A stretch of DNA of 63,102 nt, counting the filler, from Globobulimina sp. (Eukaryota), in assembly GCA_003354225.1 (NCBI GenBank). It is 42 parts of 42 records of this genome, joined end to end, with 100 filler letters (N's around TTAATTAATTAA, not from the genome) between each part and the next. Parts side by side here need not be neighbours in the genome. Positions count along the whole stretch, not along the records: positions 37,633 to 39,037 come from PIVH01017213.1; positions 39,138 to 40,542 come from PIVH01017214.1; positions 40,643 to 42,046 come from PIVH01017215.1; positions 42,147 to 43,550 come from PIVH01017216.1; positions 43,651 to 45,054 come from PIVH01017217.1; positions 45,155 to 46,558 come from PIVH01017218.1; positions 46,659 to 48,062 come from PIVH01017219.1; positions 48,163 to 49,566 come from PIVH01017220.1; 34 more parts are not named here. One strand, 5' to 3'. The position numbers and the translations under genes were made by a program. The notes below the pieces were generated by a model. That model did not search any database. It was not told the DNA's origin and saw nothing but the letters and a program-made list of their open reading frames with translations. This document shows, piece by piece, positions 38,923-51,170 of this stretch; position 1 is the stretch's first letter, and each line of letters begins with the position of its first letter.

Positions 38923-39004
38923 GAATACGATGAGAAGCGTAATCCGTTGCATTCCCTGATACATTGTGATGAGTTCCCTTTACGTGCCGCCCCAATCTGA
39001 TAAT
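38923..39004 (+). ncRNA. Box C/D snoRNA, U31/snR67-like (guides LSU rRNA P-loop Gm; yeast G2619 / E. coli G2251 equivalent)
   Basis: C ACGATGA 38927-38933, D' CTGA 38956-38959, C' GTGATGA 38966-38972, guide GTGCCGCCCCA 38984-38994 antisense to UGGGGCGGCAC, D CTGA 38997-39000; the D+5 rule selects the second G. Confidence 0.88.
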
Positions 39005-39213
39005 TAATAATTGTTTCATTTGTAATTACAATCTGTCNNNNNNNNNNNNNNNNNNNNNNNNNNNNNNNNNNNNNNNNNNNNTTAATTAATTAANNNNNNN
39101 NNNNNNNNNNNNNNNNNNNNNNNNNNNNNNNNNNNNNAGATGTTTCGTATGTAAACCGCTATCGTAGTTTAAAAATCCAATCTCGGCTAGAAGTGACTTA
39201 AAAAGTGACATGC

Positions 39214-39239
39214 TTTCGAATGTTTAACCTCCGAACTTA
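39214..39239 (+). promoter_or_regulatory. Shared 26-nt upstream motif, copy 2
   Basis: TTTCGAATGTTTAACCTCCGAACTTA, 66 nt before ATG 39306; 23/26 identical to copy 1. Confidence 0.55.
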
Positions 39240-39305
39240 GTTAGTTTTGGTCAATTCACTGAACTAAAAATACCGACATCAAACACATATACAAACATTC
39301 AGAGT

Positions 39306-40247
39306 ATGTCAGAACAGAAAGAGATGGAATTAATGGGACGAAACATTAACGAAACATTAACGATACAAAGTGAATGTGACGAAACAAAACAAGAAAAAGA
39401 GGAAGAGAACGATAAAGATTTTGTGATTAAGATCAACGATAAAAGATTCCTTGATTTAGGATGGGGCCTTCATTCCATTGACATTGGCAGTCCCTACACA
39501 AACGAATACAATACGTTAATATATTCAGTTACATCGTTTGCATTGGCAGCATTAAGTGCTTTTGCTGATAACTATATCATAACTCTGTTGGCAGCAATAT
39601 TTAACACGTTGTTACAGATAGTTGTTTTTGCATTTTGTGTCTATAAATATTATCAACACTGTAAACAAAATCAGAACACGTCAGAAAAGGAACGTGTTGA
39701 ATTACATTTATCCGATTCGATGAAACATTACAATCCAAATCCTAAAATTGTGAGAAGCACTTCCATATCTCCGCTATCCTCAGAATATAATTATAAACAA
39801 TTTGGTTTCGATATTGATGCCATAAAAAAAAGCAGCAATCAATTTGAAGCATATGCTTGTACAAAGCGTTGTTTTTCAAATGCATATTGTCAACGCTTTA
39901 ATAATTTTCTTAATTCATTTGATGTAGCATTTGGTAGAGAAGACGACCCAATCTGTATTAGACCGTATTACTTCAGATTTTTAATGGTTTTATATGGTTT
40001 TATAACATCTATTTATATTTTATTTGTGGTTGTGCGATATCACAAATCGCCATTAAATGTATGTGCTACGTCGTACGCATTTGATACGATCTATCCACTG
40101 TATAACAAGAATTGGGTGAAACCGGATTACATACAACATATTAATGGCGATATGGTCGGATGCACGCGGACTGTTTATGTGTACGATACATGTATTTTGT
40201 TATGGCTTTGGTGGATTGTATTTAGTTTGTTTGATTTGTACGAATAA
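39306..40247 (+). CDS. Multi-pass membrane protein of unknown function
   Basis: 313-aa ORF with at least 4 hydrophobic segments. Confidence 0.6.
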   Translation: MSEQKEMELMGRNINETLTIQSECDETKQEKEEENDKDFVIKINDKRFLDLGWGLHSIDIGSPYTNEYNTLIYSVTSFALAALSAFADNYIITLLAAIFNTLLQIVVFAFCVYKYYQHCKQNQNTSEKERVELHLSDSMKHYNPNPKIVRSTSISPLSSEYNYKQFGFDIDAIKKSSNQFEAYACTKRCFSNAYCQRFNNFLNSFDVAFGREDDPICIRPYYFRFLMVLYGFITSIYILFVVVRYHKSPLNVCATSYAFDTIYPLYNKNWVKPDYIQHINGDMVGCTRTVYVYDTCILLWLWWIVFSLFDLYE

Positions 40248-40333
40248 ACTGAGGAATATTATAAAAAAGTGACTGGCATTACAGACAAAGTAATGAAATC
40301 ATTTCCGGAAAGCCGTATTATTGGAAAGTTACC

Positions 40334-40542
40334 ATGGAGGATGTTGATGGTTCTCCACTGGTGGTTAATGATACCGCTTATATTGGTCTGGAAAATGGTG
40401 TTTTTACTATTTTTAATCCAGATAGTGCCTATGCAAAAATGAAAGATGGAATTGTTCAGCCTCATATTTTTAAAGAGTTTAAGCTATATAATGATAGTGA
40501 TGTACTTTTACATGGTGTAAACTTTGTAACAGAAGCATCTCC
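40334..40542 (+). CDS. Bacterial-like PQQ/beta-propeller protein fragment (probable chimera)
   Basis: DVDGSPLVVNDTAYIGLENG...VTEAS resembles propeller blades. Confidence 0.45.
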
Positions 40543-40642
40543 NNNNNNNNNNNNNNNNNNNNNNNNNNNNNNNNNNNNNNNNNNNNTTAATTAATTAANN
40601 NNNNNNNNNNNNNNNNNNNNNNNNNNNNNNNNNNNNNNNNNN

Positions 40643-40761
40643 CATTGTAAATTAAACGAATAATAGTATATAATAACGCGTTCCTCGAATAAAATGAGAT
40701 ATTATAATCTCCTCTCTCACTCTCAATACACACCATTCATTCATTCATTTATTCGCATATG
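40643..40761 (+). repeat. 119-bp terminal direct repeat, copy 1 (identical to 41928-42046)
   Basis: Exact match of contig start and end. Confidence 0.95.
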
Positions 40762-40865
40762 AGACGTATAAATTGTGATCGATCCTTGCACAGTGACGTA
40801 CACACACACGAAATCAAATGAATGTTTGTTTGGAAACAGCACAACTGTGAATGAATCGATTCCTT

Positions 40866-41930
40866 TCAATTTGATTTTTTCACCAATGAGTTGAAGAATG
40901 TGTTATCCATCACCAACGTATAAATGCTCGACGAAAACATGCCAAACACGATATGAATCAAAATGAGATTCAAACACATTTCCCTATCTTTTTTATTCGG
41001 AATTTTGATCTTATCACACAATATATCATGGATCACATTCAAATACATCAATCCGCCCAATAATCCAACATAAACCATCAACAAATATTCAAACCAAACA
41101 CCAATGCACGCACTGAAAAACAATGTAGAGCACTGTATGTGCCATATTATCACATTTATAAACTGCAAAACCACAATTATTCCAAACCTAGCTATTCGTT
41201 GTAAATACACCCACTGACGACCGTGACACAAATACGCCGATCTGATAACAGACACTCAAATCAATATAAATCTGGTCCTGTCTGTCCGAGGACAAATTTG
41301 TATTGGATATTGAGGCCAGTCCAACTGAACATACATACTCAAAAAAATAGATAAACGCGATCATCCAAGATCTAAAAAAACATAATTTGTAACATCGCAC
41401 CACTTTGTTATACAATGACTCATTCACATTAATACTGTATGAAATTACACTCTCATTTCCAGAATTATCATATTCTTCTTCGTCCACAATTTCACAACTA
41501 TCAGCTGGACATTTTTGTGTTTTCTTCAGGTTGGAATTATCCATAATAAGAAAAGCAATCAAGTAAAATATCATCGACTGCGCAATGAACAAATATGTTT
41601 GTTTGTCAGCAATGCCCAGAATAGAGGAGAATAATAAATAGAAAAATGAGCCAAACAAGCCTGCAAACCCGGTTCCTGACGCCCACGCTCCTGATAATTT
41701 GGGTGGGAACATCTTCAAGAATCCAACCACGACATTTTCACTGAACGAGCCTGTACCACCAACGATACAGACGCATACTAGCACTAATATGAAATTGTGC
41801 AGAACACTCTCAGTTTAGTCGCGTACTCCGGGCAATGTCCATCCCACAAACAACCAATTCATTCGTGGGTAAAAGCAATCCAAATGTTTGAGCAATGATT
41901 CCTTCTCATTTGCGTCGTATTTCATGCCAT
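40866..41930 (-). pseudogene. CLN3: Battenin (CLN3) copy with a frameshift near 41190 and an apparent N-terminal deletion
   Basis: GAWASGTGFAG, YFFEY, YQIGVFVSRSS, then a frame change to LQFINVIIW...YVGLLGGLMYLN...REMCL. Confidence 0.8.
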
Positions 41931-42046
41931 TGTAAATTAAACGAATAATAGTATATAATAACGCGTTCCTCGAATAAAATGAGATATTATAATCTCCTCT
42001 CTCACTCTCAATACACACCATTCATTCATTCATTTATTCGCATATG
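41928..42046 (+). repeat. 119-bp terminal direct repeat, copy 2
   Basis: Exact match to 40643-40761. Confidence 0.95.
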
Positions 42047-42310
42047 NNNNNNNNNNNNNNNNNNNNNNNNNNNNNNNNNNNNNNNNNNNNTTAATTAATT
42101 AANNNNNNNNNNNNNNNNNNNNNNNNNNNNNNNNNNNNNNNNNNNNCAAATCGAGGCTCCACCAACAACAGTTGCATTACAATAATAGTCTGCAAATACA
42201 AAACGCAAATTTACACTCAAACTCACATACAAAGTTATGTTATTTTGCTATCCTTGCACGCCATGCCCTTCTCACACACTACAATGTATAGTTTGCATCT
42301 CTCCTCATTC

Positions 42311-43550
42311 ATGCCGCGTATTTGCAGCCGGCCGGCTTGCAACCATCCATTGCGTGGCACGGGCGGTCGCTCCAAGATCTGTTGTCGAGGCTGCCTGAAA
42401 AACACACATACACCAAACTGTACGCAGCGCGCTTTGAAGATGATACAACGGCGCAATATCCACGAAACAGTGGCCATTGATAACGACGATATGTTGCCTA
42501 CGCCACAGTTAATACGTAATAACGCACAGTCACAGCATATATTTCACCCCAAATACAAAAATCGAGCGCCGTCTGCATTCAGCGTAGTGCACAATAACTC
42601 GCATTCGCATACACGATCACGCTCACATTCCCATTCACAGTCTGGTCATTCTGGCGCGTTGAACCACGCTATGCGCCATCGGCGGAATGGCAGCGAATCG
42701 AGCATAAAGTATTTATTCTGTGATAAATGCAGAGGGAAATTCAACAGCGTCACCGAATTGGAGCGGCACAAATCCATTCATCACAGTCCCGTGGTTGCGG
42801 CCAGAATGCACAGTGTCTCACCGCCGCGATTACCGCCACCCATCCCCGAGCTAACGAGTTCATTCCATACCACGATGCCCAACCAAACCAAGAACAAATT
42901 TCGATATAAAAAATCCAATATCACGCTCCCTACACCGCCGGTGGAGCATAGTGAGGAGACTGAGAATTATAACCCATTTTCTTCGCGTATGGGGCTGCTA
43001 GGCCGGAGGCGCAAAACTAGCGAGAATAACCATAACGGGAATAGGAAGCGAAAAAATTCATTGTCGCAATTATTTTCTACATTTATGTCCAATTCGCATT
43101 CGCGAAGGAATAATAATGAGGAGAAGGACGATGAGAAACAGGTTGTAAATGATAATGACGCACAGAGTCACAGTCACAGTCAGCGACGATCACTGTCGTC
43201 GATATTGACCAAAAGGAATGATTCGGTGGATATACAATTGTCCGATGATGATAGGATCATTTTGAACCATGACACGCATAGACGGAGATTGAATGAGTTA
43301 CGGCGGAAATTAGAACAACGCAAACAACGCAAAAACGAGAGCAAATCGAACGAGAATGACGAAGATGGCGATATTAATTTGCCGCCGGTACCGGATATCG
43401 ATGGGAAGGAACGTACAGTGGATACCGGTGATATTGTCATGAATCGATCGCGTTCGTTCACTGCACATTCAAACATCAGCGATAGACCGAGACCGAGGCA
43501 TAGACGCTCCAATGCGATCAGTAATGGTTTGTCTGTGGGAATCATGCCAT
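42311..43550 (+). CDS. Disordered protein with N-terminal Cys/His cluster and a C2H2 zinc finger, truncated
   Basis: CSRPAC...CCRGC...HTPNC; CDKCRGKFNSVTELERHKSIHH. Confidence 0.65.
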
Positions 43551-43650
43551 NNNNNNNNNNNNNNNNNNNNNNNNNNNNNNNNNNNNNNNNNNNNTTAATT
43601 AATTAANNNNNNNNNNNNNNNNNNNNNNNNNNNNNNNNNNNNNNNNNNNN

Positions 43651-44812
43651 ACAGCGAGCAGTTTAACAGTAACAACTGATACTGAATCGGCAGGAAATCC
43701 CGGTAACCCAGAAAAACAATTAAATTATGCCACCATTTACTGTCCATCCAATGCAAATTGTAATATTTACTGTCAACATACAAATTACAATTGTAATGGG
43801 CTTGAAGTACACGCAGAATCTTCCAATTCATTGACTATTAATTGTTATGGTTTATTATATTCATGTGCTGTTCGCGCATATTGTCCTGATTCCGGAAGCT
43901 GTACATTTGATGCTTCCCAATCTTATTATGGTGATACATCATGTTTGTGTTTTTTACTTCTTTGCATTCACAACGTACATATCACATAAGTCTCACACAA
44001 CATATCGTAGCATTTATTGGTTTCAAAATTTATTCGATGATGGGGTTTAGTACGGTGACCGTCAGCGGAGCTGTCCACAATGTCAATGTTCCAACTCTCG
44101 GAACTATGTATTGTAAATCAGGATATACTTCGACATGTTCGATAGCGAAAACAAACGCAAATACCTGCGAGACCCCAGGAGACATCACATGCAATAACCC
44201 ACCCGCACCCACTGAGAGTCCCATTGCAACTGGAAATCCTTCAAATGATCCTACCATCGATCCTACAATGGGTCATTCGATGCATCCAACTGTAAACCCA
44301 ACAACAACAAGTTTCGGATTTGTTTAAACCAGAAATATTTACATTAATATACATATTAATTTTGCACATAAAAACAATCAGTGAACCTTACGACCAATCC
44401 AACGGTAAACGCAACATCATCGCCAACACCATATCCAACATTAAATCCAGTACGAGCTCCAACATCATATCCAACACCATATCCAACTTCAAATCCAACC
44501 ACAGTTCCAACATTAAATCCAACCACAGCTCCAACTTCAAATCCAACGCCAACGCCAACACCAACACCAACACAAAATCCAGTGCATTCTCCAACATCAA
44601 ATCCAACACAAACCCCGACATTAAATCCAGTACTTTCTCCAACATTAAATCAAATAACTGCTCCGACATTAAATCCAGTACCAGCTCCAACCTCAAATCA
44701 AATATCATCTCCAACACCAAATCCAACGGCAGCTCCAACATTAAATCCAACATCAAATCCAACATCAAATCCAACATCAAATCCAACATCAAAATATTGT
44801 TTAACTGAATAA
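43651..44812 (+). CDS. Cys-rich + PT-repeat (mucin-like) protein, multi-exon, 5' partial
   Basis: Cys-rich exons then PTxNPT tandem repeats 44385-44792. Confidence 0.65.
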
Positions 44813-45154
44813 TATGTATTTTTTTTTAGATTGTTATGTATTTTTTATTATTATTAATCCTAATCGACTGAAATGAGAATGAGATGACGAAATTCATATT
44901 ACTGCGATCGGACTTTGAATGACACAAATTATTTAATATATATATGCGTACAAACAAATGGCAGAAACAGCAAAGAATGCGGCAGATATCCACAATATAT
45001 TAAGTCGTCCTGCTTCCTTTGCATTTTTATTATTTCCCCATAAAGTATATGCATNNNNNNNNNNNNNNNNNNNNNNNNNNNNNNNNNNNNNNNNNNNNTT
45101 AATTAATTAANNNNNNNNNNNNNNNNNNNNNNNNNNNNNNNNNNNNNNNNNNNN

Positions 45155-45407
45155 TGGTTGTTTGTGCACAACTGTGTGATCTCTCACAGGTAATCACACA
45201 TTCATTATGTACCTATGTGTCATCACAATTGAATTCTATATCAAAACATGCATTGCTTCCATCACAATATAATGTACACTCTGCACTGTCACAATAAAAG
45301 ACACTACCCGGCACACATTGATTTTGATTCAGATCACATATTTGATTTAATGAAAGAATTTGTGTCCAGAATAATGAAATTAAATACAGCCGAATGAGGT
45401 CAATCAT
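45155..45407 (-). CDS. Secreted Cys-rich protein N-terminus
   Basis: Signal peptide; CDSAECTLYCDGSNACF, same style as 3104-4261. Confidence 0.55.
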
Positions 45408-45677
45408 GACACAGTTTTTGATGCTTCTAAACGAAGAGTTGAGGATGGAATTTGGTCAATTTGCGTTTATTTGCTAGCAGTGTTCATTACTATTTATTGG
45501 ACTAAAGTTGTTTACTAACTTAAAAGTTTCTTACTTCTTTATCTGCGTATCTTTGAAATACTGTGTCCTCATCCTAACAGTCTAGATCTCTGTCAACAAC
45601 AAACAGCTAAAACGCAATAATTAAAACTCACAGGGAAGCGTTTCTTTGCACTCAAGGAAAGAAAAAAATCTCTACAA

Positions 45678-46408
45678 ATGTTCTTAAAGGTGTTTATGAC
45701 GTGTCTTTGCACTGTGATGTTTGTAAATGGTCAAACTTATTGTGATAGTATGGGTTGGTGTAGCAATGATTTTTATGCATCAAGGTATATTCGTTTATTT
45801 TTTTTTGCAGTGATTATCTAGCATGTTAATGAATATACAAAAGAAATCTTTATGTGACATGGTTAACTGCAATATGCATTGGAACATGTCTATTATTATG
45901 GTATGATAAAAAATTAATATTTCTGCTATTGTTGTGGTATGTGACAGTAATGTTATTTATTTACGTAAATAATTCAACCCTATGGTTTGTATTAATGATA
46001 ACCGATCTAATTTGTTATTTTGTGTTATTCCGAAGTACATCCTCGGAAAATGAGAATGAAGAACATGTCCAACATGATGCCGATACAGCGTATGGCTTAA
46101 AACCATCCATTGATGAGAACTCATTGGATCCATTCGGTGAAAATGTTGTTACAAAATTACTTTATGATATTATTGAGGATCGATTAATCACAAAAAGAAA
46201 TGAAAAATTGGTTAGAATGAACACTGATAAAAAAAGTTTGAAAAAAGAAGCAAAAAGAAGAAAAAATGAAGCAAATAAACTCGAAAAGAAAGAGTTGTAT
46301 TCAGCATTTAAAAACAATGTAAGTAAAATATGGAAAACATTTAAGACTCAGCTGCAGACAAATAAGGTAATGGATAAATACACTGAAAAATCTATCAACA
46401 CAAAATAG
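45678..46408 (+). CDS. Membrane protein with Lys-rich C-terminus
   Basis: Signal-like exon at 45678 and ORF 45854-46408 with TM helices. Confidence 0.5.
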
Positions 46409-46974
46409 AAATAATCAATCAATATGTTGTCATTTAATTTATTAAATGTTAATACGGTAAAAGTATAAATTGCAGAACGCTTAAAAAAATGTGTTAGAAA
46501 CTAGTAATCATTGATGGTATTTTTTAATATGCTTATTTCGATTGTATTTGTAAGTAAANNNNNNNNNNNNNNNNNNNNNNNNNNNNNNNNNNNNNNNNNN
46601 NNTTAATTAATTAANNNNNNNNNNNNNNNNNNNNNNNNNNNNNNNNNNNNNNNNNNNNACATCACATCACATTCATATCCATATCTATGTTTTTCTTTTT
46701 TTTAAGTTATTATGTTGCACATTTTGCAACATATTGGTTATTTATTATTTCTTCAAAACTTAAGGAATCAATTGGCACCATCCATAAACCAAATACACCA
46801 TTTTGTTGTATACTGAGTATGAAGGAGCAGCAAAATATGGATCTCTAGTACTTGAAGTAAACAACAACCTGCAAACAATATTATACCCTCAAAATCAATT
46901 ATGGTCTGTCTTCAAATCATTTCTTAGTAGTTAGTAATTTAAAATGTTTAAATTTCTCTAAATTTCTGCTGGTG

Positions 46975-47961
46975 TTAAACTTGTAGTTGTGGCTGTGGCT
47001 GTGGCTGAAGAGGTTGTTTTGTGTTTGTGTTTGTGTCAGTGTTATAAAATGGATCATTATCGAAATCATCATATTCAACCTCGCCATCCTCCTCCATAAC
47101 TGGATAAAATATATAGGACAATGTAATTTCCTCAACATCTGCCAATGATGGTTCATCCAAAAAATCAGGTTCTACAAAGAATAAAACGGGCATATCCACC
47201 TCTTCATGTCCTCTCAATCGTTGCTCCTCAAAGCAAAAACATTGTATTTTAACGAAATATGGAGCAGCTTTATATGGTAAAATAGTGTATGTGGATAGAC
47301 CAGAAATAGGAACCGATGATGTGTTGGTTGCTTTAAAAAAAGCTAAGGTAGATTCACCAGGACGGGTAATAACATATGATTGAACCGGCTCAAATTCCCA
47401 TTCCATTCCCGGACCAGTTCGCGTATCAAATCGAATCAATAATTTCTTATTTTTACGTCGATGTACGCTCGTATCTCTCCATTTTGTCAACGATTTTAAT
47501 TTATTGTCAGTTTTCCTATTTACAGTGCCGCCCCATCCAAACCTTTGACATAATGAACGATATAACGGTGCCGATGCATATGCTGCACCAAAGAATGTTA
47601 TCCATACTGATATAACATATAATGCTAAATCTCCTAATTCCATTTGCCGCATATTTGCTCTCCTTTTTTGCCAAAATATCGATGATTCTTTGCGTCTGTG
47701 TTTTGGGTCAAATGGATTGTATTTCTGAGGCACATCAGAATTTCTCCTAAATTGTTGCCGATAATTTGGCATCATTCCATTTATTCCATGTTTAAGCGAT
47801 ATTGCTATTGATTTTGACCTGTACATGTTGCAAGTGTCGAGCTCAGAAGTGGACTTAAAGGTTTTCTCATAATTTATGACAAATAAATCAAAGTTTTCCA
47901 AAGTCTCAAGTTTCTTCAATGGCAGGTATTCATGCAAATAATCGTTTTTGTTTGTTCTCAA
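46975..47961 (-). CDS. COX11: Cytochrome c oxidase copper chaperone Cox11 (true start uncertain, possibly downstream of 47961)
   Basis: YASAPLYRSLCQRFGWGG, WEFEPVQ, PGESTLAFF, YFVKIQCFCFEEQRL, VDMPVLFFVEP, ITLSYIFY. Confidence 0.95.
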   Translation of the reverse strand: MRTNKNDYLHEYLPLKKLETLENFDLFVINYEKTFKSTSELDTCNMYRSKSIAISLKHGINGMMPNYRQQFRRNSDVPQKYNPFDPKHRRKESSIFWQKRRANMRQMELGDLALYVISVWITFFGAAYASAPLYRSLCQRFGWGGTVNRKTDNKLKSLTKWRDTSVHRRKNKKLLIRFDTRTGPGMEWEFEPVQSYVITRPGESTLAFFKATNTSSVPISGLSTYTILPYKAAPYFVKIQCFCFEEQRLRGHEEVDMPVLFFVEPDFLDEPSLADVEEITLSYIFYPVMEEDGEVEYDDFDNDPFYNTDTNTNTKQPLQPQPQPQLQV

Positions 47962-48433
47962 TCATCATAACTGAATCAACCTTTGCTGCTATTTCAAGAC
48001 GAAAATTATACAAATCAACACAATACATTTCAATTGAGCTCTTGCATAACACATATATAGATNNNNNNNNNNNNNNNNNNNNNNNNNNNNNNNNNNNNNN
48101 NNNNNNTTAATTAATTAANNNNNNNNNNNNNNNNNNNNNNNNNNNNNNNNNNNNNNNNNNNNTGAAATGGCACTGAATTATCGATTTTACTTTCTTTTCA
48201 CTTAAATGCACTAACTCTAATCCTAGTTATTATTATGAGCTTTCACTTATTGTGCGCAGTTGACTGGTGTTTGAATAATATTTCACTTTTTGTGCGGCGA
48301 ACAATGCAAGAAAGTCCACTGTAGTCATAATATTCTGACTCGGAATTGAGATAAAATTAAGTGAATTGAGAAACATTCGATCATGGACACCCAACGCAAA
48401 AAAAAACACAACACAACACAACATTTTCTTTAT

Positions 48434-49189
48434 TTAAAACTGGCCAAAACATTCCAATTTCCAAACATATTTGCAGCCACCACTTCTGCCATCTGTGTCA
48501 TCCCTAAAATATGACGTCCAACTACCTGTACCTCCATTGACATAGCTCCAGCCAGAACATGAATTGCGAGAACCTTGACATTGTGAGCTACCTTCTAATT
48601 CTCGAAAACATATTCGACACGAATCAACTTGTAAAATGGCATCATAGTCATCTTGCTGTTCAACAATCCATTGGTATTTGCAGCCACCTCCTCTGCCATC
48701 AGTGTCATCTCTAAAGCCATTGGTCCATTGCGGGGATGTATTCCAACCACTGCACGAACTACGATCGTCTTGGCATTGTGAACTTCCTTCAGTTTCTTTA
48801 AAACATAATCGATATTTATGCTTCTGTATAATGTATATATTAATATATATGCCGTTACATGATGACAATTTAATTATGCTTTGCAATTTGTTTGTAAATT
48901 TAATTCAAATAACTTGTTGTGTGGGTGGGGTTATTCCGTTTTCTTCAATTTTCCATTGATATTTGCATCCACCTCCTCTATTATCAGTATCATCGCGGAA
49001 AAAGGATGTCCACGAAGCATCCACGTCTTTGTCTGCATGATTACTCCAATCAGAACATGAAGATCTTGATCCTTGGCATTGCGAACTACCTTCTGTTTCT
49101 TGAAAACAAATACGAAATTCTTTGGCATTACCAGCTTTTGCGGATTGTATCATAAATGCAATTGTTACAAAGCATACGAGGAATCTCAT
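48434..49189 (-). CDS. Secreted protein of three tandem Cys-rich repeats resembling the C-terminal accessory domain of perivitellin-2-type MACPF proteins; intron 48824-48913
   Basis: Signal peptide plus 3x RxCFxExEGSSQCQ..R.SCS.W...WT..FRDDTD.R.GGCKY.W. Confidence 0.75.
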
Positions 49190-49666
49190 TGTTTTATTGG
49201 ATGGAAGACGGATGTGGTGATCGAAAGGTGAGTTACAGTTTTTTTTTTACAAATAAACCAAGAACATTTGTTTGCTGATAATGTACGCCTCATAAATCTG
49301 GTTTATTTCCCTTTTATTTATCATTCACTTGCACTTTGGCATTGCAAACATTTCCAATTTATGTTGTTTAAGATTCCACATTGATTCCTGATCAATAAAT
49401 CCTCCACAACACTTTATACTAATTGTCAAAATCATTGTCGCTCAGTTTCTTTTCATAATCATTGTCGTTTTTTAGGAATTCCAGGAATTTTAGAACTATG
49501 CGTCTGTACAGAAACGAATTTCTGGGTGACAAAAACGTTATAAGGTAACAAATGCGTTGCTGTTTGNNNNNNNNNNNNNNNNNNNNNNNNNNNNNNNNNN
49601 NNNNNNNNNNTTAATTAATTAANNNNNNNNNNNNNNNNNNNNNNNNNNNNNNNNNNNNNNNNNNNN

Positions 49667-51070
49667 ATCAGTAAGTTGCAAGAAAATACTTCATCGCCAT
49701 CCCGACAACAAAGAAAATATCGGAGATGTTAACAACTCAAACAATGACAGCACGACAATAGAAACTATCAACAAGCAGTTGCTAAATGATAATGATTTTA
49801 TAATCATTGAACACCGATTGCAAAATGAATGGTTTCATTTTAAAATAGTTTCAAAACCTAATGATAGTCGTTTTTTATGGTTAAAACACAACGATTTGAA
49901 ACATTTACTTATTTATAAGGAATATTTGAAAAAAACAAATTTAACACTCGGTGAAGTATCAGAGCCACAGTATATTATAGAAGCAATACTCGATCATCAA
50001 TACAATGAAGAAACAGATGATTTGCAGTTTCATGTCAAATGGAAAGGATATGAGGATACCACATGGGAGCCACCTACCAATATGAAAGGAAATATATCAT
50101 ATATTAAATATTGCAAAAACCACTGTATTAAACCTATGTTATTTGAGCCCGATGACGATGATTCATCCTCATCTGAAGAAGAAGAAGAGGTAACGACTGA
50201 CACTGACACTGACACAGAAGAGGAAGAGGAAGAGGAAGATGTTAAGGAATCGATATCTGGCTATAACCCAATTGCAACATATAACACAATAGATATTACA
50301 ACAGATATTATAAATACAATGGATATTACAGATGTTTACGATGAGTATAATGCGTCGCTTAAACAAAATAAAGCCTTTACTGTTTATGATATACAAGATA
50401 TTATACATGCTATTGATGGTAGGATGCAATTTTTATTTCGAGACGCTCTGATCCATAGCAATGAGAATAACCACAATCATAAAAATACCAACAATAATAA
50501 CAATGCGCAGGGACTAGAAATCGAAATGAATAAATTAATGGATATTCGAGAATATTTTGAGGCAATAAAAGGTGAATTAAATAACAATAACAATAATAAT
50601 AAAGCAGATGAAGAGGGCGATGATGTTATGATCATTGAAAAGGATATAATTAATCTGCTAACACCGCCAAATAAAAAGAAAAAGAAAAGGAAAACATTGT
50701 TTGATTATTCATTTACGCCCGAAAAAGTAAAAAAATCGATATCATCTACAACCAGAAAACCTAAACAGATGAAACAAAGTAAACGCAACAATAACAATAC
50801 AACTCTGTTTACCTCCATTCGCAATAATAATCATCAACAAAGCGACGAAAAGTTCGAAAACCAACACAACGAAGAAACAGAAACAGAAGCAATTCCTTAC
50901 GAATATATACTGCATACAAGCACATGTTACGCGTGCAAACGCAAATGGCCATTGTACGGAGTTGAATTATTTAAATCATTTCCAATTTGCAACAAATGTC
51001 CAACCAATATACGATTAGGTCATAATAGAAAATTTAAAGAAGACTGGTTCTGTCCGTGTTTAGTTAACGT
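49667..51070 (+). CDS. Chromodomain protein with acidic tract and C-terminal PHD-like Cys cluster, partial
   Basis: YIIEAILDH...FHVKWKGYEDTTWEPPTNM; CYAC...CNKC...H...WFCPC. Confidence 0.8.
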
Positions 51071-51170
51071 NNNNNNNNNNNNNNNNNNNNNNNNNNNNNN
51101 NNNNNNNNNNNNNNTTAATTAATTAANNNNNNNNNNNNNNNNNNNNNNNNNNNNNNNNNNNNNNNNNNNN

